A DNA stretch of 63,339 bases, the filler included, from Stramenopiles sp. TOSAG23-2 (lineage: Eukaryota): assembly GCA_900128395.1 (NCBI GenBank). It is 9 parts of 9 records of this genome, joined end to end, with 100 filler letters (N's around TTAATTAATTAA, not from the genome) between each part and the next. Parts side by side here need not be neighbours in the genome. Positions count along the whole stretch, not along the records: positions 1 to 25,938 come from LT649443.1; 8 more parts are not named here. One strand, 5' to 3'. The stretch's first letter is position 1. Each line of letters begins with the position of its first letter. Of this stretch, positions 10,845 through 21,708 are shown one piece after another. A program made the translations under genes and the position numbers. The notes below the pieces were generated by a model. That model searched no databases, was not told the origin of the DNA, and saw only the letters and a list, made by a program, of their open reading frames with translations.

Positions 10845-13800
10845 TTAATCGATATCAAATCTGTCACGTCTATTTCGGTTCCTAGCTAACTTTTTATTTT
10901 TTGGAGACATACTAACTTTGATCATATTTCTAGGAACATTAGATTCGTCCGTACCATCATTATATGCAATATCATAAGTACCATCCCGATGCACCCGAGT
11001 TATATTGCCTGGAAACCATTTCTTACCTTCCATAAATCTTGCTTGTACAGCCATACCTTTTGCCAATTTGCCTCCAGCCTCGGCCTCATCACTTTCATCG
11101 TCGTCACTTCTACGACTTGATGATTTCTTTTTTGATGATGATTTTTTCTTTGATTTGATTTGACTTGTTTTAACACCTGATTTACGTTCACCATCATCAA
11201 ATTTAATATCATATGTACCATCTCGATTTTTACGTGTAATTTCACCACCATAATATTTAGTCCATCCACTAACTTTAGCTTCAACACGATCACCACGCTC
11301 ATATCCATCATCATCGCTGTCATCGTCGTCACTTCTACGACTTGATGATTTCTTTTTTGATGATGATTTTTTCTTTGATTTGATTTGACTTGTTTTAACA
11401 CCTGATTTACGTTCACCATCATCAAATTTAATATCATATGTACCATCTCGATTTTTACGTGTGATTTCACCACCATAATATTTAGTCCATCCACTAACTT
11501 TAGCTTCAACACGATCACCACGCTCATATCCATCATCATCGCTGTCATCGTCGTCACTTCTACGACTTGACGATTTGCCCTGCTTCCTCGTCCTTTTACT
11601 ATCAGTATCACTATCACTGTCACTGTCATGGCTTCTGGATTTTGATCTAGATTTTCTTTTAGATAATTGTTCATCACTATCACTATCGTTGTTTTTACGT
11701 CTGGTCTTTGATCTAGATCTACGTTTAGATGAATTGTCATCACTATCACTGTCACTACCGCGCCTTCTAGATTTAGATCGAGATTTTCGTTTTGCGATGC
11801 TGCCGTCACCATCACTATCACTATCACTATGCCTAGATTCATTTTTGGTTCTTCGTCTAGACGAATCATCGTCACTATCACTATCGTCTTTATTGCTTCT
11901 ACGCCGACGGGAATTACTACGACGCGGACTTTTTGAGCGTTTTCGGGGACTTTTCGATGATGAACGCCTTGGACTTTTTGAAGATTTCCTCCTTCGTCTA
12001 TATTCATCTTCATCGCTACTACTATCTAAATCGACTTTTCTTCTCCTACGTCGCTTGACATATCTTTGCTCATCTTCTCTATCGCTATCATCATATAATC
12101 GACGGCAACGGCGAGAATTCGTCCTTTTTCTATTGCCACTACTTCCCCTTTTGCTTCTGTAACCGTCATCATCACTGGAGTCATCATCTGAATAGGAGCG
12201 ACGTGTTCTAGACCTTCCACGGTGTCTTCGACTTTCACTGCCCCACGTGACAGATTTATCTCCATCTCTTCTGCTACGACGTCTGCCATATGATTCATCA
12301 TCACTGGAATCCTCATCTCTGTATGCTCTACGACTTGCTCTTGGAGACTTGCTACTTCTTCTTGGACTTCGCCTCTTAGATGAAGGGGTTCGAGACCGAC
12401 TTGAGCGGGAAGATCTATGTTTACTGCGGCTTCTGCTGCGTGATGGGGTGCTCCAGCCACTCGCTTTTGGGCTGATGGACTCGCTTAAATCATCGTCGGA
12501 ATCATCATACTGCCGTCGACGAGTTCGTGAAGACGAACGAGATGAAGTTTGTCGTCTTGGTGAACGTCTACGCGAATGGTTTGCGATTAAATCAATGGCC
12601 TCATCCGTGTCACTATCGTCGTCATCATCATCAAAAGTTTTTCGACGTTTAGTTCTAGACGTAGGTGTCCGAGCAGTACGCCCCCTGGAGGGAGTTCTTG
12701 GGGAAGAAGCTCGAATGCTTCTTCTACCTCTACGCACAGGAGATCGCCGTCTAGGACCACGACGATGACTTCGTGGTGATAAGTTGCTATCCTCAAGCTT
12801 TAATGGTTTAGGTCTTTTACGAACCAAACGTCTACGATGAGAGTTACCATTTTGCTCAGTAAAGGCAAGGAACCCTTTGATAAAATTGTAAAAATCAACT
12901 TTCCCATTAGTAGTAGCTGGTTTCGATTTAAAATATGCAACCACATCATCTCTAGCAATGCGCACCGAAAGCTGTGCATACCCTCTACCACTCTCTGCAT
13001 GGCTTAAAACTCCATCATTATCATTATCTACTACGCTAAATATTCGTTTTAATCTAGCAATTTCGTCTACGTCTAAGCCGGTTAATTTACCCACTTTTCT
13101 ATCATTAATTGGTGATGATCCACCATCTTCATCATTGTCCCATTTTTCCTTTTTCTTCCTTTGCTTATATTTATCATTCTCATCATCTTTATTTTTCTTT
13201 TTACTTTTCTGTTGAAGAGTTTTACGTTTTTCCCTAACATTATGACGGTTATTTACCAAGTCATCATCATCATTTGAAAAAATCGCCGTGTATGCTAATA
13301 CAAATTCTTCAAATGAAACTTTTTCATCGCCATTTTTATCCCTTTGCTCAATCCAGGAAAATACACGGCCAGCTGAGTCATCTTGACCAAGAAATCTCAT
13401 AGCAGTTTTAATTTCGTTAACGCTTACAGCCCCATCGCTATTTTTGTCAACTCTATCAAATGCTTCTTTTAGCCTGGTTACTATTTTAACTCTATCAGCA
13501 TCTAAAAGTGCCATGTAGTCTTCGACACGGCCAAAATCTACGCCATATTCCAATAAATCCTTTTCTCGCATTACATCTATAGCATTCATTAGTTTTCTTC
13601 GATGCATTGGTAATGATACGCCTAACATATCTTCCAAATCTCTATTACACAATTGTAATAATAATGCACCGTCTACAGCATTTCTTGCAAAGTTTGAACC
13701 TAACTGTGGCATTTCCAAAATGTCCTCAACCCACGCGACCACGTCTTTGACGGACCATTCATGTACATTATGATCATCCTTCGGTGCTGCACCATGTGTC

Positions 13801-14810
13801 AATCTATTTTTGTTTCGATAATTTTTATTATTTTTAAAACTCCTATTTAATCTATCCTGACCTGATTCACCACGCATGGGTGTTGTTGGTACTCTTCTAC
13901 CAGCCGCAGTTGGAAACAACTCGTACGTTGTATATTTCAATCTTGTACCATCAGATTGTACAATATAGACCGGATAATCACCAAATTCAGCTAAAAATTG
14001 CCTTGAAGAGCCAGATACCATCAACGTATTGCCATCATCATTCATTGCATCACATGTTATTACAATACCAGCAAATTCTGTTTGCCCATCACTACAAGCT
14101 TTAACAATAGCTGTACGCTCAGCACTTGCACGTAAACTTTCAACGCGACTTTCAATGTTACAGCCGGTGTAAACTTTATCACCTTTTGTTATGATTGCAG
14201 CACCATGCCTAACGCCATCTAGGTCAGGCACTGCATTTAATTGAGCATCTTGTGCTTTTGAAATTAACATTTCTAACTTAGTTGTACCTTCAGAGGAATA
14301 TGCATCTAGTCCAGTATAAGTTGACATGTATTTTTCACGATATTTATTTTCACGTTTCACTTCCTCTTCTCGATCATCCCCAACGTCATCATTTCCATCA
14401 CGGTCATTTTTTTTTTCATTATGTATATTATTTTCTGCAAATGCAGAGTCTTTCGTGCCATTTTTGGTCATTAAAAAATCTAACTCCATGGATGTTGATG
14501 ATTTTAAACCTGCTAACGCGCTTTCACCCATAGCATATGCAACTAAACCAGAGTCATAATCAACTTTTTTCTTTTTTTTATAAGATAGACTATATATTCC
14601 ACCAGTATTGGTCATTTTTCTAACATCTTGCAATAAAAATTCTGCCCGTTTTTCAACATCATCGGCAAATCTGCTTGACATTTGTTGCTGCATTAAAAAT
14701 TTACGGTCATTGTATGACTTTCGTAATGATTGGTCATTCTTGTTATATTTATTTGTGCTAAAATTTACACTTTTTGATAAGTTAGATCTACCATTTTTTT
14801 TTGTTTCCAT
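10845..14810 (-). CDS. Multidomain protein: degenerate cytidine-deaminase-like domain, SAM, EF-hands, RS/D-rich region and 3 Tudor/Agenet-like domains
   Basis: CDA-like GAAIITKGDKVYTGCNIES...SAERTAIVKACSDG...SGSSRQFLAEFG; SAM WSVKDVVAWVE...NAVDGALLLQL...HRRKL; EF loops DKNSDGAVSVNE, DKNGDEKVSFEE and DNDNDGVLSHAE; Tudor GDRVEAK...YYGGEITR...DGTYDIKFDDGE twice, plus a third diverged copy. Confidence 0.85.
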   Translation of the reverse strand: METKKNGRSNLSKSVNFSTNKYNKNDQSLRKSYNDRKFLMQQQMSSRFADDVEKRAEFLLQDVRKMTNTGGIYSLSYKKKKKVDYDSGLVAYAMGESALAGLKSSTSMELDFLMTKNGTKDSAFAENNIHNEKKNDRDGNDDVGDDREEEVKRENKYREKYMSTYTGLDAYSSEGTTKLEMLISKAQDAQLNAVPDLDGVRHGAAIITKGDKVYTGCNIESRVESLRASAERTAIVKACSDGQTEFAGIVITCDAMNDDGNTLMVSGSSRQFLAEFGDYPVYIVQSDGTRLKYTTYELFPTAAGRRVPTTPMRGESGQDRLNRSFKNNKNYRNKNRLTHGAAPKDDHNVHEWSVKDVVAWVEDILEMPQLGSNFARNAVDGALLLQLCNRDLEDMLGVSLPMHRRKLMNAIDVMREKDLLEYGVDFGRVEDYMALLDADRVKIVTRLKEAFDRVDKNSDGAVSVNEIKTAMRFLGQDDSAGRVFSWIEQRDKNGDEKVSFEEFVLAYTAIFSNDDDDLVNNRHNVREKRKTLQQKSKKKNKDDENDKYKQRKKKEKWDNDEDGGSSPINDRKVGKLTGLDVDEIARLKRIFSVVDNDNDGVLSHAESGRGYAQLSVRIARDDVVAYFKSKPATTNGKVDFYNFIKGFLAFTEQNGNSHRRRLVRKRPKPLKLEDSNLSPRSHRRGPRRRSPVRRGRRSIRASSPRTPSRGRTARTPTSRTKRRKTFDDDDDDSDTDEAIDLIANHSRRRSPRRQTSSRSSSRTRRRQYDDSDDDLSESISPKASGWSTPSRSRSRSKHRSSRSSRSRTPSSKRRSPRRSSKSPRASRRAYRDEDSSDDESYGRRRSRRDGDKSVTWGSESRRHRGRSRTRRSYSDDDSSDDDGYRSKRGSSGNRKRTNSRRCRRLYDDSDREDEQRYVKRRRRRKVDLDSSSDEDEYRRRRKSSKSPRRSSSKSPRKRSKSPRRSNSRRRRSNKDDSDSDDDSSRRRTKNESRHSDSDSDGDGSIAKRKSRSKSRRRGSDSDSDDNSSKRRSRSKTRRKNNDSDSDEQLSKRKSRSKSRSHDSDSDSDTDSKRTRKQGKSSSRRSDDDDSDDDGYERGDRVEAKVSGWTKYYGGEITRKNRDGTYDIKFDDGERKSGVKTSQIKSKKKSSSKKKSSSRRSDDDDSDDDGYERGDRVEAKVSGWTKYYGGEITRKNRDGTYDIKFDDGERKSGVKTSQIKSKKKSSSKKKSSSRRSDDDESDEAEAGGKLAKGMAVQARFMEGKKWFPGNITRVHRDGTYDIAYNDGTDESNVPRNMIKVSMSPKNKKLARNRNRRDRFDID
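11096..11570. repeat. Tandem 225-bp duplication encoding two identical Tudor-like domains
   Basis: tcgtcacttctacgacttga recurs at 11101, 11326 and 11551. One visible synonymous difference (gtaatt/gtgatt). Confidence 0.9.
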
Positions 14811-15555
14811 ATTAATTGTTTAATTTGACTATTGCTTCTATAAATATATGTATCTTCGAGGTGAATTATTATATTTGATACGTCTATATATTATGATGTC
14901 TTATTTATATTTATATATAAATATTTATATGATCTAATTCTCGTTTAAATCTTTTTGTAAGATAGGTATGTATATGTTTCTATCTTTCTATTTCATATTT
15001 ATATATGTATTTGTCACTGTAAAAGCAACTATTCTTCTAACTGCCATTGCCAATTTTTAATTATATTTTCAAAATAACGAAATATCTAAGGAGTGATAAT
15101 ATCTATACGATATACGAGGTACATAGCGTTATGAAATACGGTTGATAGGAAAGTTGTACTTAAAATGAGAGTGGTCTACGACCCTCGTATGAAAAGTCAC
15201 ACTACTGTACGAGGGCATATCTTCATAGTAATAGCTTTAAATGATACACTCATCACATCATATACTACCAAGTACATAGGCTAGCACAACAACAACAGTA
15301 GGATGATATGCAATACCAAAATACCAAAATGACACAACAAGGTCAAATAAAATCGAAAATGTTGAATAATAATGGTATATTGAGATATTGAGATGCCATA
15401 TAAGCAAAGATCTTCTTTTAATTAAATACAAGTTAGATACACAGGTTCGCATAATACAATATGTGTAGACATATCTATTTGGAAAAAAAAAAGGATCATC
15501 AAATAGCAGCCACACGGGAGAGGGAAAGAATTTTCATTAGAAGAAGAAGAGTAGA

Positions 15556-16839
15556 ATGGCGTCAATATCGGAAACGAATAGCCCATCAAGTAAAAAAGGA
15601 GAAGGGGAATGGCCAACTGGTGCTGAGCATTATATATTGAATAAAGATAAGGATTTAATAGGTAAAGGTGCATTTGCTAATGTTTATCGTGCGTATTGTA
15701 ACCCTCGTAATTGTTATGTTGCAATTAAAATCATGGACTTAGAGAAAGTTACCAATGGATTGACAGATATCCGTAACGAAGTATCGACTATGAAAACATG
15801 TGTACATAAAAATGTATTAACTTGTCACGCTTGCTTTGCTGTTACAGACGAAAAAGGGAAAGATAAGTTATGGATGATTATGCCATATATGGACCGTGGT
15901 TCTGCTTTACATTTAATACGTTTGTTAAAAGAAGGTGGTGTACGCGAAGGCTTGCCAGAAACATGGGTGCGGTATATACTTTCAGAAGCATTGCAAGGGG
16001 TGAAATATTTGCATGATCAAAATTTATTGCATCGTGATTTAAAAGCTGGAAATATTCTTTTAGATAGTGAAGGAAACGTAAGAATTGCTGATTTTGGTGT
16101 CTCCGGTTGGTTACAAGAAGGTGGTGACCGTAAAAACAATCGTATGACATTCGTTGGAACACCATGTTGGATGGCTCCAGAGGTGATGGAGCAAGCTGAT
16201 GGATACTCCTATCCTGCTGACGTATGGTCCATGGGAATTACTGGTTTAGAATTGGCGAAAGGATTTGCACCATATGCACGGTATGCACCAATGAAAGTTT
16301 TGTTGAAAACATTGCAAGAAGCTCCACCGACATTACAATCATATGCAGATGAGGCGAAAGATAAGAAAACGGGAAAAGTACCACCAGCAGCGTCAGGCAC
16401 AGATTGGGTTAGGAAAAACAAGCAATTTCAAGAATTCGTGAATAAATGTTTACAACGAGAACCAGACAAACGACTTACAATATCAAAGTTATTAACCATG
16501 AAATATTTTAAAAATGCACAATCAGGAAAAGCTGATATCGTGAAACAAATTCCTGAATTATTGCCAGGAGCATTCCAGGAGAAACAATTAAAGAAAATAC
16601 CATCACAACTTAAAACAGCGGGAGAAAAGGCTATAACGGGACATATACAACATGGCCGTAAATTTGTACCAGGCGTAGATTTTGATTTTTCAGATGATGA
16701 AGTGGAAGAAGAAGAAGAAGTAGAAACAGGTAAAAAGGAATCTGCTAAGGACGGTGAAGATGAGGTTGCGAAAACTGTTGATTTAGACAACGTGACGGAC
16801 AAAAATTTTGGTGATGTATTTAATGCGGAGACGAATTAA
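15556..16839 (+). CDS. STE20-family Ser/Thr kinase, OSR1/SPAK/Fray-like
   Basis: GKGAFA, VAIK, HRDLKAGNIL, DFGVS, TFVGTPCWMAPEVMEQ, and the subfamily-typical APMKVLLKTLQEAPPTL. No C-terminal CCT domain is evident. Confidence 0.92.
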   Translation: MASISETNSPSSKKGEGEWPTGAEHYILNKDKDLIGKGAFANVYRAYCNPRNCYVAIKIMDLEKVTNGLTDIRNEVSTMKTCVHKNVLTCHACFAVTDEKGKDKLWMIMPYMDRGSALHLIRLLKEGGVREGLPETWVRYILSEALQGVKYLHDQNLLHRDLKAGNILLDSEGNVRIADFGVSGWLQEGGDRKNNRMTFVGTPCWMAPEVMEQADGYSYPADVWSMGITGLELAKGFAPYARYAPMKVLLKTLQEAPPTLQSYADEAKDKKTGKVPPAASGTDWVRKNKQFQEFVNKCLQREPDKRLTISKLLTMKYFKNAQSGKADIVKQIPELLPGAFQEKQLKKIPSQLKTAGEKAITGHIQHGRKFVPGVDFDFSDDEVEEEEEVETGKKESAKDGEDEVAKTVDLDNVTDKNFGDVFNAETN

Positions 16840-17248
16840 AAAAATGTGGTATGTATGAGAAGAGCGCGAGAGAGAGAGCGAGCAAATATTTTTTATATAC
16901 TCGTATATAAAAATATATACGCTCGTACTCTCTGGTAATATATAGGCGTTTCGTGAGGAGGAGAAAATTCAAGTGTGGCGTCAAAAGTAAAAAGCTTTTT
17001 TATTGTATTTTATTCGTAGTGTTTTATATAATATATACGAACTTCGTATTAAAAAAAAAATATTTTTTTATATTCCGCACGGTACATATTTTATGATACG
17101 AACGTTGTTTTTATAAATGCATATATTACGTCTCGTACGAAGTATTTTTTATTATAAGAAATATTTGTGTTATCATGTGATAAATATCATATCATATACG
17201 AACGTTCATGTACAAAAGTTTCTCTCTCGTGTATAATTATGCATTCCC

Positions 17249-18433
17249 TTATGACATCATCATATTGTTGCCATTCATCTTTTTCTTATTATTATCATTT
17301 TGATCATCTCTTGTTGTAAATTCTCCTTTACGTTTGCGATTTGAAACATCATTCTGCTCTTTTTGTTCCTTTAACTCTTTCTTCAAATTGGTTATTTCTT
17401 CGCCTTGTTCGATTATTTTATTTCCTAAACGTTCCAGTTCTTTCATAATAACTGAATGAAGTTTACTATTAGAATTCTCATTTTGGTTAATACGGAGTAT
17501 TTCAGCATCCAACTTATTTAAATGTGTCTGTATCATTTCATCATCCCGTGCATTATGATCAGAATCTTCCAGCGTTGTTTGATTTTGATTGCTATTTTCT
17601 GGTGTTGGCTCTTGGCTTGAAGTCAAAGAATTATTATTGTTATTGTCCAATTCAACATTATTTGGTTCAAACGAAGGTTCCTCTTTGTCGTTGTTGTTAT
17701 TCACATTATTGTTGATGGTATTAGATGTAGGTGGTAGCAGTGGTGGTGCAGTCATTTTCATACCAACATCAGTATTGTTTACGGTGCTTTCAACATCATT
17801 CTTTGCAGTTTTTTCGTCATTATCGTCATGATTATTGTTATCATTTGTGGAGCTACCGTTTTTTTCTTCCTTAGGATGACTATCATCAAAAGTCGCTTCA
17901 ATGCGTTGATCAACTTCATCCTTCGTCAACTTCATCGAATTATTGAATTCATATTTTGTATTGCTACAATATTTCGCATCAAATTGTGCTCTAATTTTTT
18001 TCAAAACTTTTTCACATGCCTCCCTTTTTGCTTTTGCCTTTCGCTTAGCTGTGTTTTTTTCGATTTTGTTTGGCAAATTCGAAGTAGCGTCATACTTATA
18101 ATCGACTGTTGCTTGACACTCATAATTATCATTTTGAAAACATTTCACAATACACGTTATAGTTTGTTTTACTTGGTTGGTTTTATATTTTGGATATTTT
18201 TCTTGATGAAATTGCATACTTTGAACAAATGAATTTAATCTTGAAATCGGGTCCTTAACATCAGCTGCATCCCTTTCGGCAGAAGGTGATATATAACCTT
18301 TCGGCAGAAAGTAATTGTTCGTTCTTCTATCATTATTCCACCGGCTAGGGTTTCTGCTTTGATTATTATTATTGTAATAATTGTTATTATTGTGATTATT
18401 TGAATAATTGTTATTATTGTTATTATACATCAT
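17249..18433 (-). CDS. N-rich protein with a divergent double-stranded RNA-binding (dsRBD)-like domain and a C-terminal coiled coil
   Basis: DPISRLNSFVQ...YPKY...ITCIVKC...KRKAKAKREACEKVLKKI follows the alpha1 and KKxAK..AA..L pattern of dsRBDs. Confidence 0.6.
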   Translation of the reverse strand: MMYNNNNNNYSNNHNNNNYYNNNNQSRNPSRWNNDRRTNNYFLPKGYISPSAERDAADVKDPISRLNSFVQSMQFHQEKYPKYKTNQVKQTITCIVKCFQNDNYECQATVDYKYDATSNLPNKIEKNTAKRKAKAKREACEKVLKKIRAQFDAKYCSNTKYEFNNSMKLTKDEVDQRIEATFDDSHPKEEKNGSSTNDNNNHDDNDEKTAKNDVESTVNNTDVGMKMTAPPLLPPTSNTINNNVNNNNDKEEPSFEPNNVELDNNNNNSLTSSQEPTPENSNQNQTTLEDSDHNARDDEMIQTHLNKLDAEILRINQNENSNSKLHSVIMKELERLGNKIIEQGEEITNLKKELKEQKEQNDVSNRKRKGEFTTRDDQNDNNKKKMNGNNMMMS

Positions 18434-18871
18434 GATGATGAGAAGAAATGCTCAGATGCGTATAGTTATACACGATTTGTTAATGAGAAGGTATTCTAAA
18501 TAGAAGGAATGTTTGATTTGTTAGTTGATTGATGTTGTATTTTCTAGATATACATACTCTGTATCATTTTATCTATCATTTGTCTATTTTTTATTTTTTT
18601 TTCTGTAGTATGTAGTAATCTGGCAATACTATACTGGAATACCAGAATACAGGTAATGATTGATTGATTGATTGATTGATTTAGAAATATTAATACAAGG
18701 TAGTGATGTAGATGATACAACAGCAAGAAATTATATATATATACATCAATTCAATAAAAAGAGAGAGAGTGGAAGAAAACGCTTCTTTTAATGAGAAAGA
18801 CATTAAACCAGTAACTAAGACATCATCATAATAATTGAAACATATTATATATTTAAAAAAAATAAAAAAAT

Positions 18872-20084
18872 ATGAATGTTATACCAAAAAAAGATTTTAT
18901 ACGAAAAATTATAGTCAATGCTATACGGACACATTGTAAACATTGTGGTACATATCAAAAACGATTGAGACAATGTATATTAAAAATACCAAAAGTAAGA
19001 AATATTGTGCAAGACGTTAATGGTGATAAAAATTACCGTATGATTTTATTGAATGAAAATGTTACATTGACTAAAGATCAAAATGAATTTATTGCATCAA
19101 TTGGTGGTGAAATAGAAACAAATTATGAATTGAAATTAGGATATGATCACTTTAGTACACAAGAAATTTTACGTCATATATTACCTGATACTGTTACAGA
19201 AGTACCATCGCATTTCGAGACAGTTGGGCATATTGCACATTTTAATTTAAGAGAGGAATTATTACCATATAAAAAAATTATTGGAGATGTTATAATCGAT
19301 AAAAATAAAAATATACGAACAGTTGTTAACAAAACAAGTTCTATCGCAACTGAATTTCGTACTTTTCCTATGGAAGTAATAAGTGGTGAAAATAATTTAA
19401 ATGTCATACAAAATGAAAGTGGGTGTAGATTTAAATTTAATTTTGCAGATGTATATTGGAATAGCAGGTTGCAAAAAGAGCATGATACTGTTGTCAAATC
19501 TATATTAGCAAGCAACAATAAGGCGAACGAAGTTGTATGTGATATGATGTGTGGTATTGGCCCATTTGCAATACCATTAGCAAAAAATGGTATTAAAGTT
19601 TATGGAAATGATTTAAATCCAGAATCATATAAATATTTAGTAGATAACAAAAAATTAAATAAAATTGTTAATGATAAACTTATTTGTTCAAATTTAGATG
19701 GGCGTGAATTTGTACGTAAATTAAGGAACGATGGAAAAACATTTACACACGTATTAATGAATTTACCAGCACTTGGTATTGAATTTTTAGATGTATTTGT
19801 TGATGGTTGCATGTCGGATTGGCCTGAGAACATTGATTTGCCATTTGTACATACATATTGTTTCTCTAAATCATCAACTCCACAAAAAGATGTAGCAGAA
19901 CGTGTGGAGAAAGTTTTAGGATACAATCCAATTCAAAATTATAAAGAAGATGTTCGCATTGTTAGAGATGTTGCACCGAATAAACTAATGTTGTGTGCTG
20001 AATTTCAATTGTTAAGAGAAGGTGATCTTGGTGGTGCTGTTGTTGTTGATGTGAATGGTAATAATAATGATGATGATGGTAGTG

Positions 20085-20123
<39 letters not shown>

Positions 20124-20188
20124 GAAAAATGGATGATGATAAATATAATAATAATAATGTAAATAACAACAAGAAAATGAAGAAGTGA
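18872..20188 (+). CDS. TRM5: tRNA (guanine37-N1)-methyltransferase Trm5
   Basis: FETVGHIAHFNLR, RTVVNK, FRTFPMEVISGE, VYWNSRLQKEH, DMMCGIGPFAIP, NDLNPES, MNLPA, VRDVAPNKLMLC. Confidence 0.95.
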
Positions 20189-20564
20189 AAAGAGTGCGAG
20201 ATAGATATTATATTATATACAGAGTATCATATACTTCGTACTTTTACACGCGGTGCTATAATACAAAGAAAAGAGATTTGTGTAAAAAAGGATAATATTG
20301 ATGCCATCATGCACTTTTCAACAAGTTGAATTTTATAAAAAAGTTTTTTTATTATACAACCGTGTGTCCATATATTATTTTATTTTCTTCTTGTTTCGTG
20401 CTTTCTCGTTCTAGTAGTTATTTTTTGTGCGTGATGATGAGGCACGTTTTGTTGTGTAAATATATCATACTATAATAATAATAATACTAAATAGACACAG
20501 TCGTCTATATATATATAGATAGATTGATAGATAGATAGATAGAGTGACGTCAAATAAAATAACA

Positions 20565-21437
20565 ATGATGGACAAAGGAAAAAAGAAAAGTAATAATAAT
20601 AATACAGATGAAGAGACGAATCAAGAGCTGTTTACAAAAGCGTTTAAACATTTTATTCTTTTTGGCCTAAGTAATTACACATTGAAGTCTATTTGTAAAA
20701 ATATTTTGAAATTAAAAAATCAACGTGAAATTAACATTGTATGTAACTGGACCATATCATTCATACATGCAACTTACTCAACTTATCTATCGTATAAAGC
20801 ATTATCATACAAAAATCAAGAATTATATTACAAGGTATTTCAAACATATAAATCCGATAAAATTGTGAATTATAATATAATTAATTTTCGTGAAAAACTT
20901 TTGCCGTGGAACCTGGGTTATTTCTTTTGGGATATGATTGATATGCCTCTTTCTGGGGCTGGATTATCGATTGGGAATATATTACATCATATAACTGGTG
21001 CATTAGGATGTTCATTAGTAATTATTTATAAAAAGTGTCAAATATTTGCATTTTCTGCATTGTTTGCGGAATGCAATTCGATTTTCCTGGCAATTCGAGC
21101 AATTTCACGTAATCCATTAATATCAATTCAAGATAATAAATTTGGAACAATTTTATATTTTGTTCATAATATTATTACTTTTTTAAATTATACTACATTT
21201 TTTATAAGTCGAATATATATTCATAGTTTAGGATTGAAACAATCTTTTTTTTTAGCATATGATACATATAAAAGACGTTTGAAAAGATTAATAGTGCCAG
21301 GAAAAGAGAAAGAAAACGAGGACCTAGATTTAAATTATTTATTGGGAATCTTTGGTAGTTTTGGTGCTTTAGTTTTTTTTGGCAACAATTTATATTTACT
21401 GCAACGATTAATTCAGGCAGATTTTTATAATACATAA
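20565..21437 (+). CDS. TLC (TRAM/LAG1/CLN8) domain membrane protein
   Basis: SFIHA, GYFFWDM, LHHI, AECNSIFL and FFISRI motifs within several hydrophobic segments. First ATG at 20565. Confidence 0.85.
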   Translation: MMDKGKKKSNNNNTDEETNQELFTKAFKHFILFGLSNYTLKSICKNILKLKNQREINIVCNWTISFIHATYSTYLSYKALSYKNQELYYKVFQTYKSDKIVNYNIINFREKLLPWNLGYFFWDMIDMPLSGAGLSIGNILHHITGALGCSLVIIYKKCQIFAFSALFAECNSIFLAIRAISRNPLISIQDNKFGTILYFVHNIITFLNYTTFFISRIYIHSLGLKQSFFLAYDTYKRRLKRLIVPGKEKENEDLDLNYLLGIFGSFGALVFFGNNLYLLQRLIQADFYNT

Positions 21438-21533
21438 TTTTAAAAAATTATATATACCTTGCTGATATTTATAATACCCGAGTATATAATTATTATACCT
21501 GGTAATTCGTACATAAATGTAAAAAAAATAAAA

Positions 21534-21569
<36 letters not shown>

Positions 21570-21708
21570 TTTTAAACATCATATGATGATCCAAGACAAA
21601 TGATATACTCGTGTGTAGCTTCTGCAAAGTGCAAAAAGTGCGTACATAATATTTGTAAAAAAATATAATTTAGGTTTAGAGGGAGAGATAATAATTTTTT
21701 CCTCGCAC

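Noticed and set aside
11000-12768. Long alternative-frame and antisense ORFs (e.g. 11000-12013, 11575-12162, 12247-12768; likewise 5726-6894 and 32855-35044)
   Set aside because: They are shadows of low-complexity, repetitive coding sequence in the real genes.
15110-15216. CCCTCGTA...TACGAGGG inverted repeat, reminiscent of mariner ends
   Set aside because: Only 8 bp, in the wrong orientation for a single element, with no supporting copy in the window.
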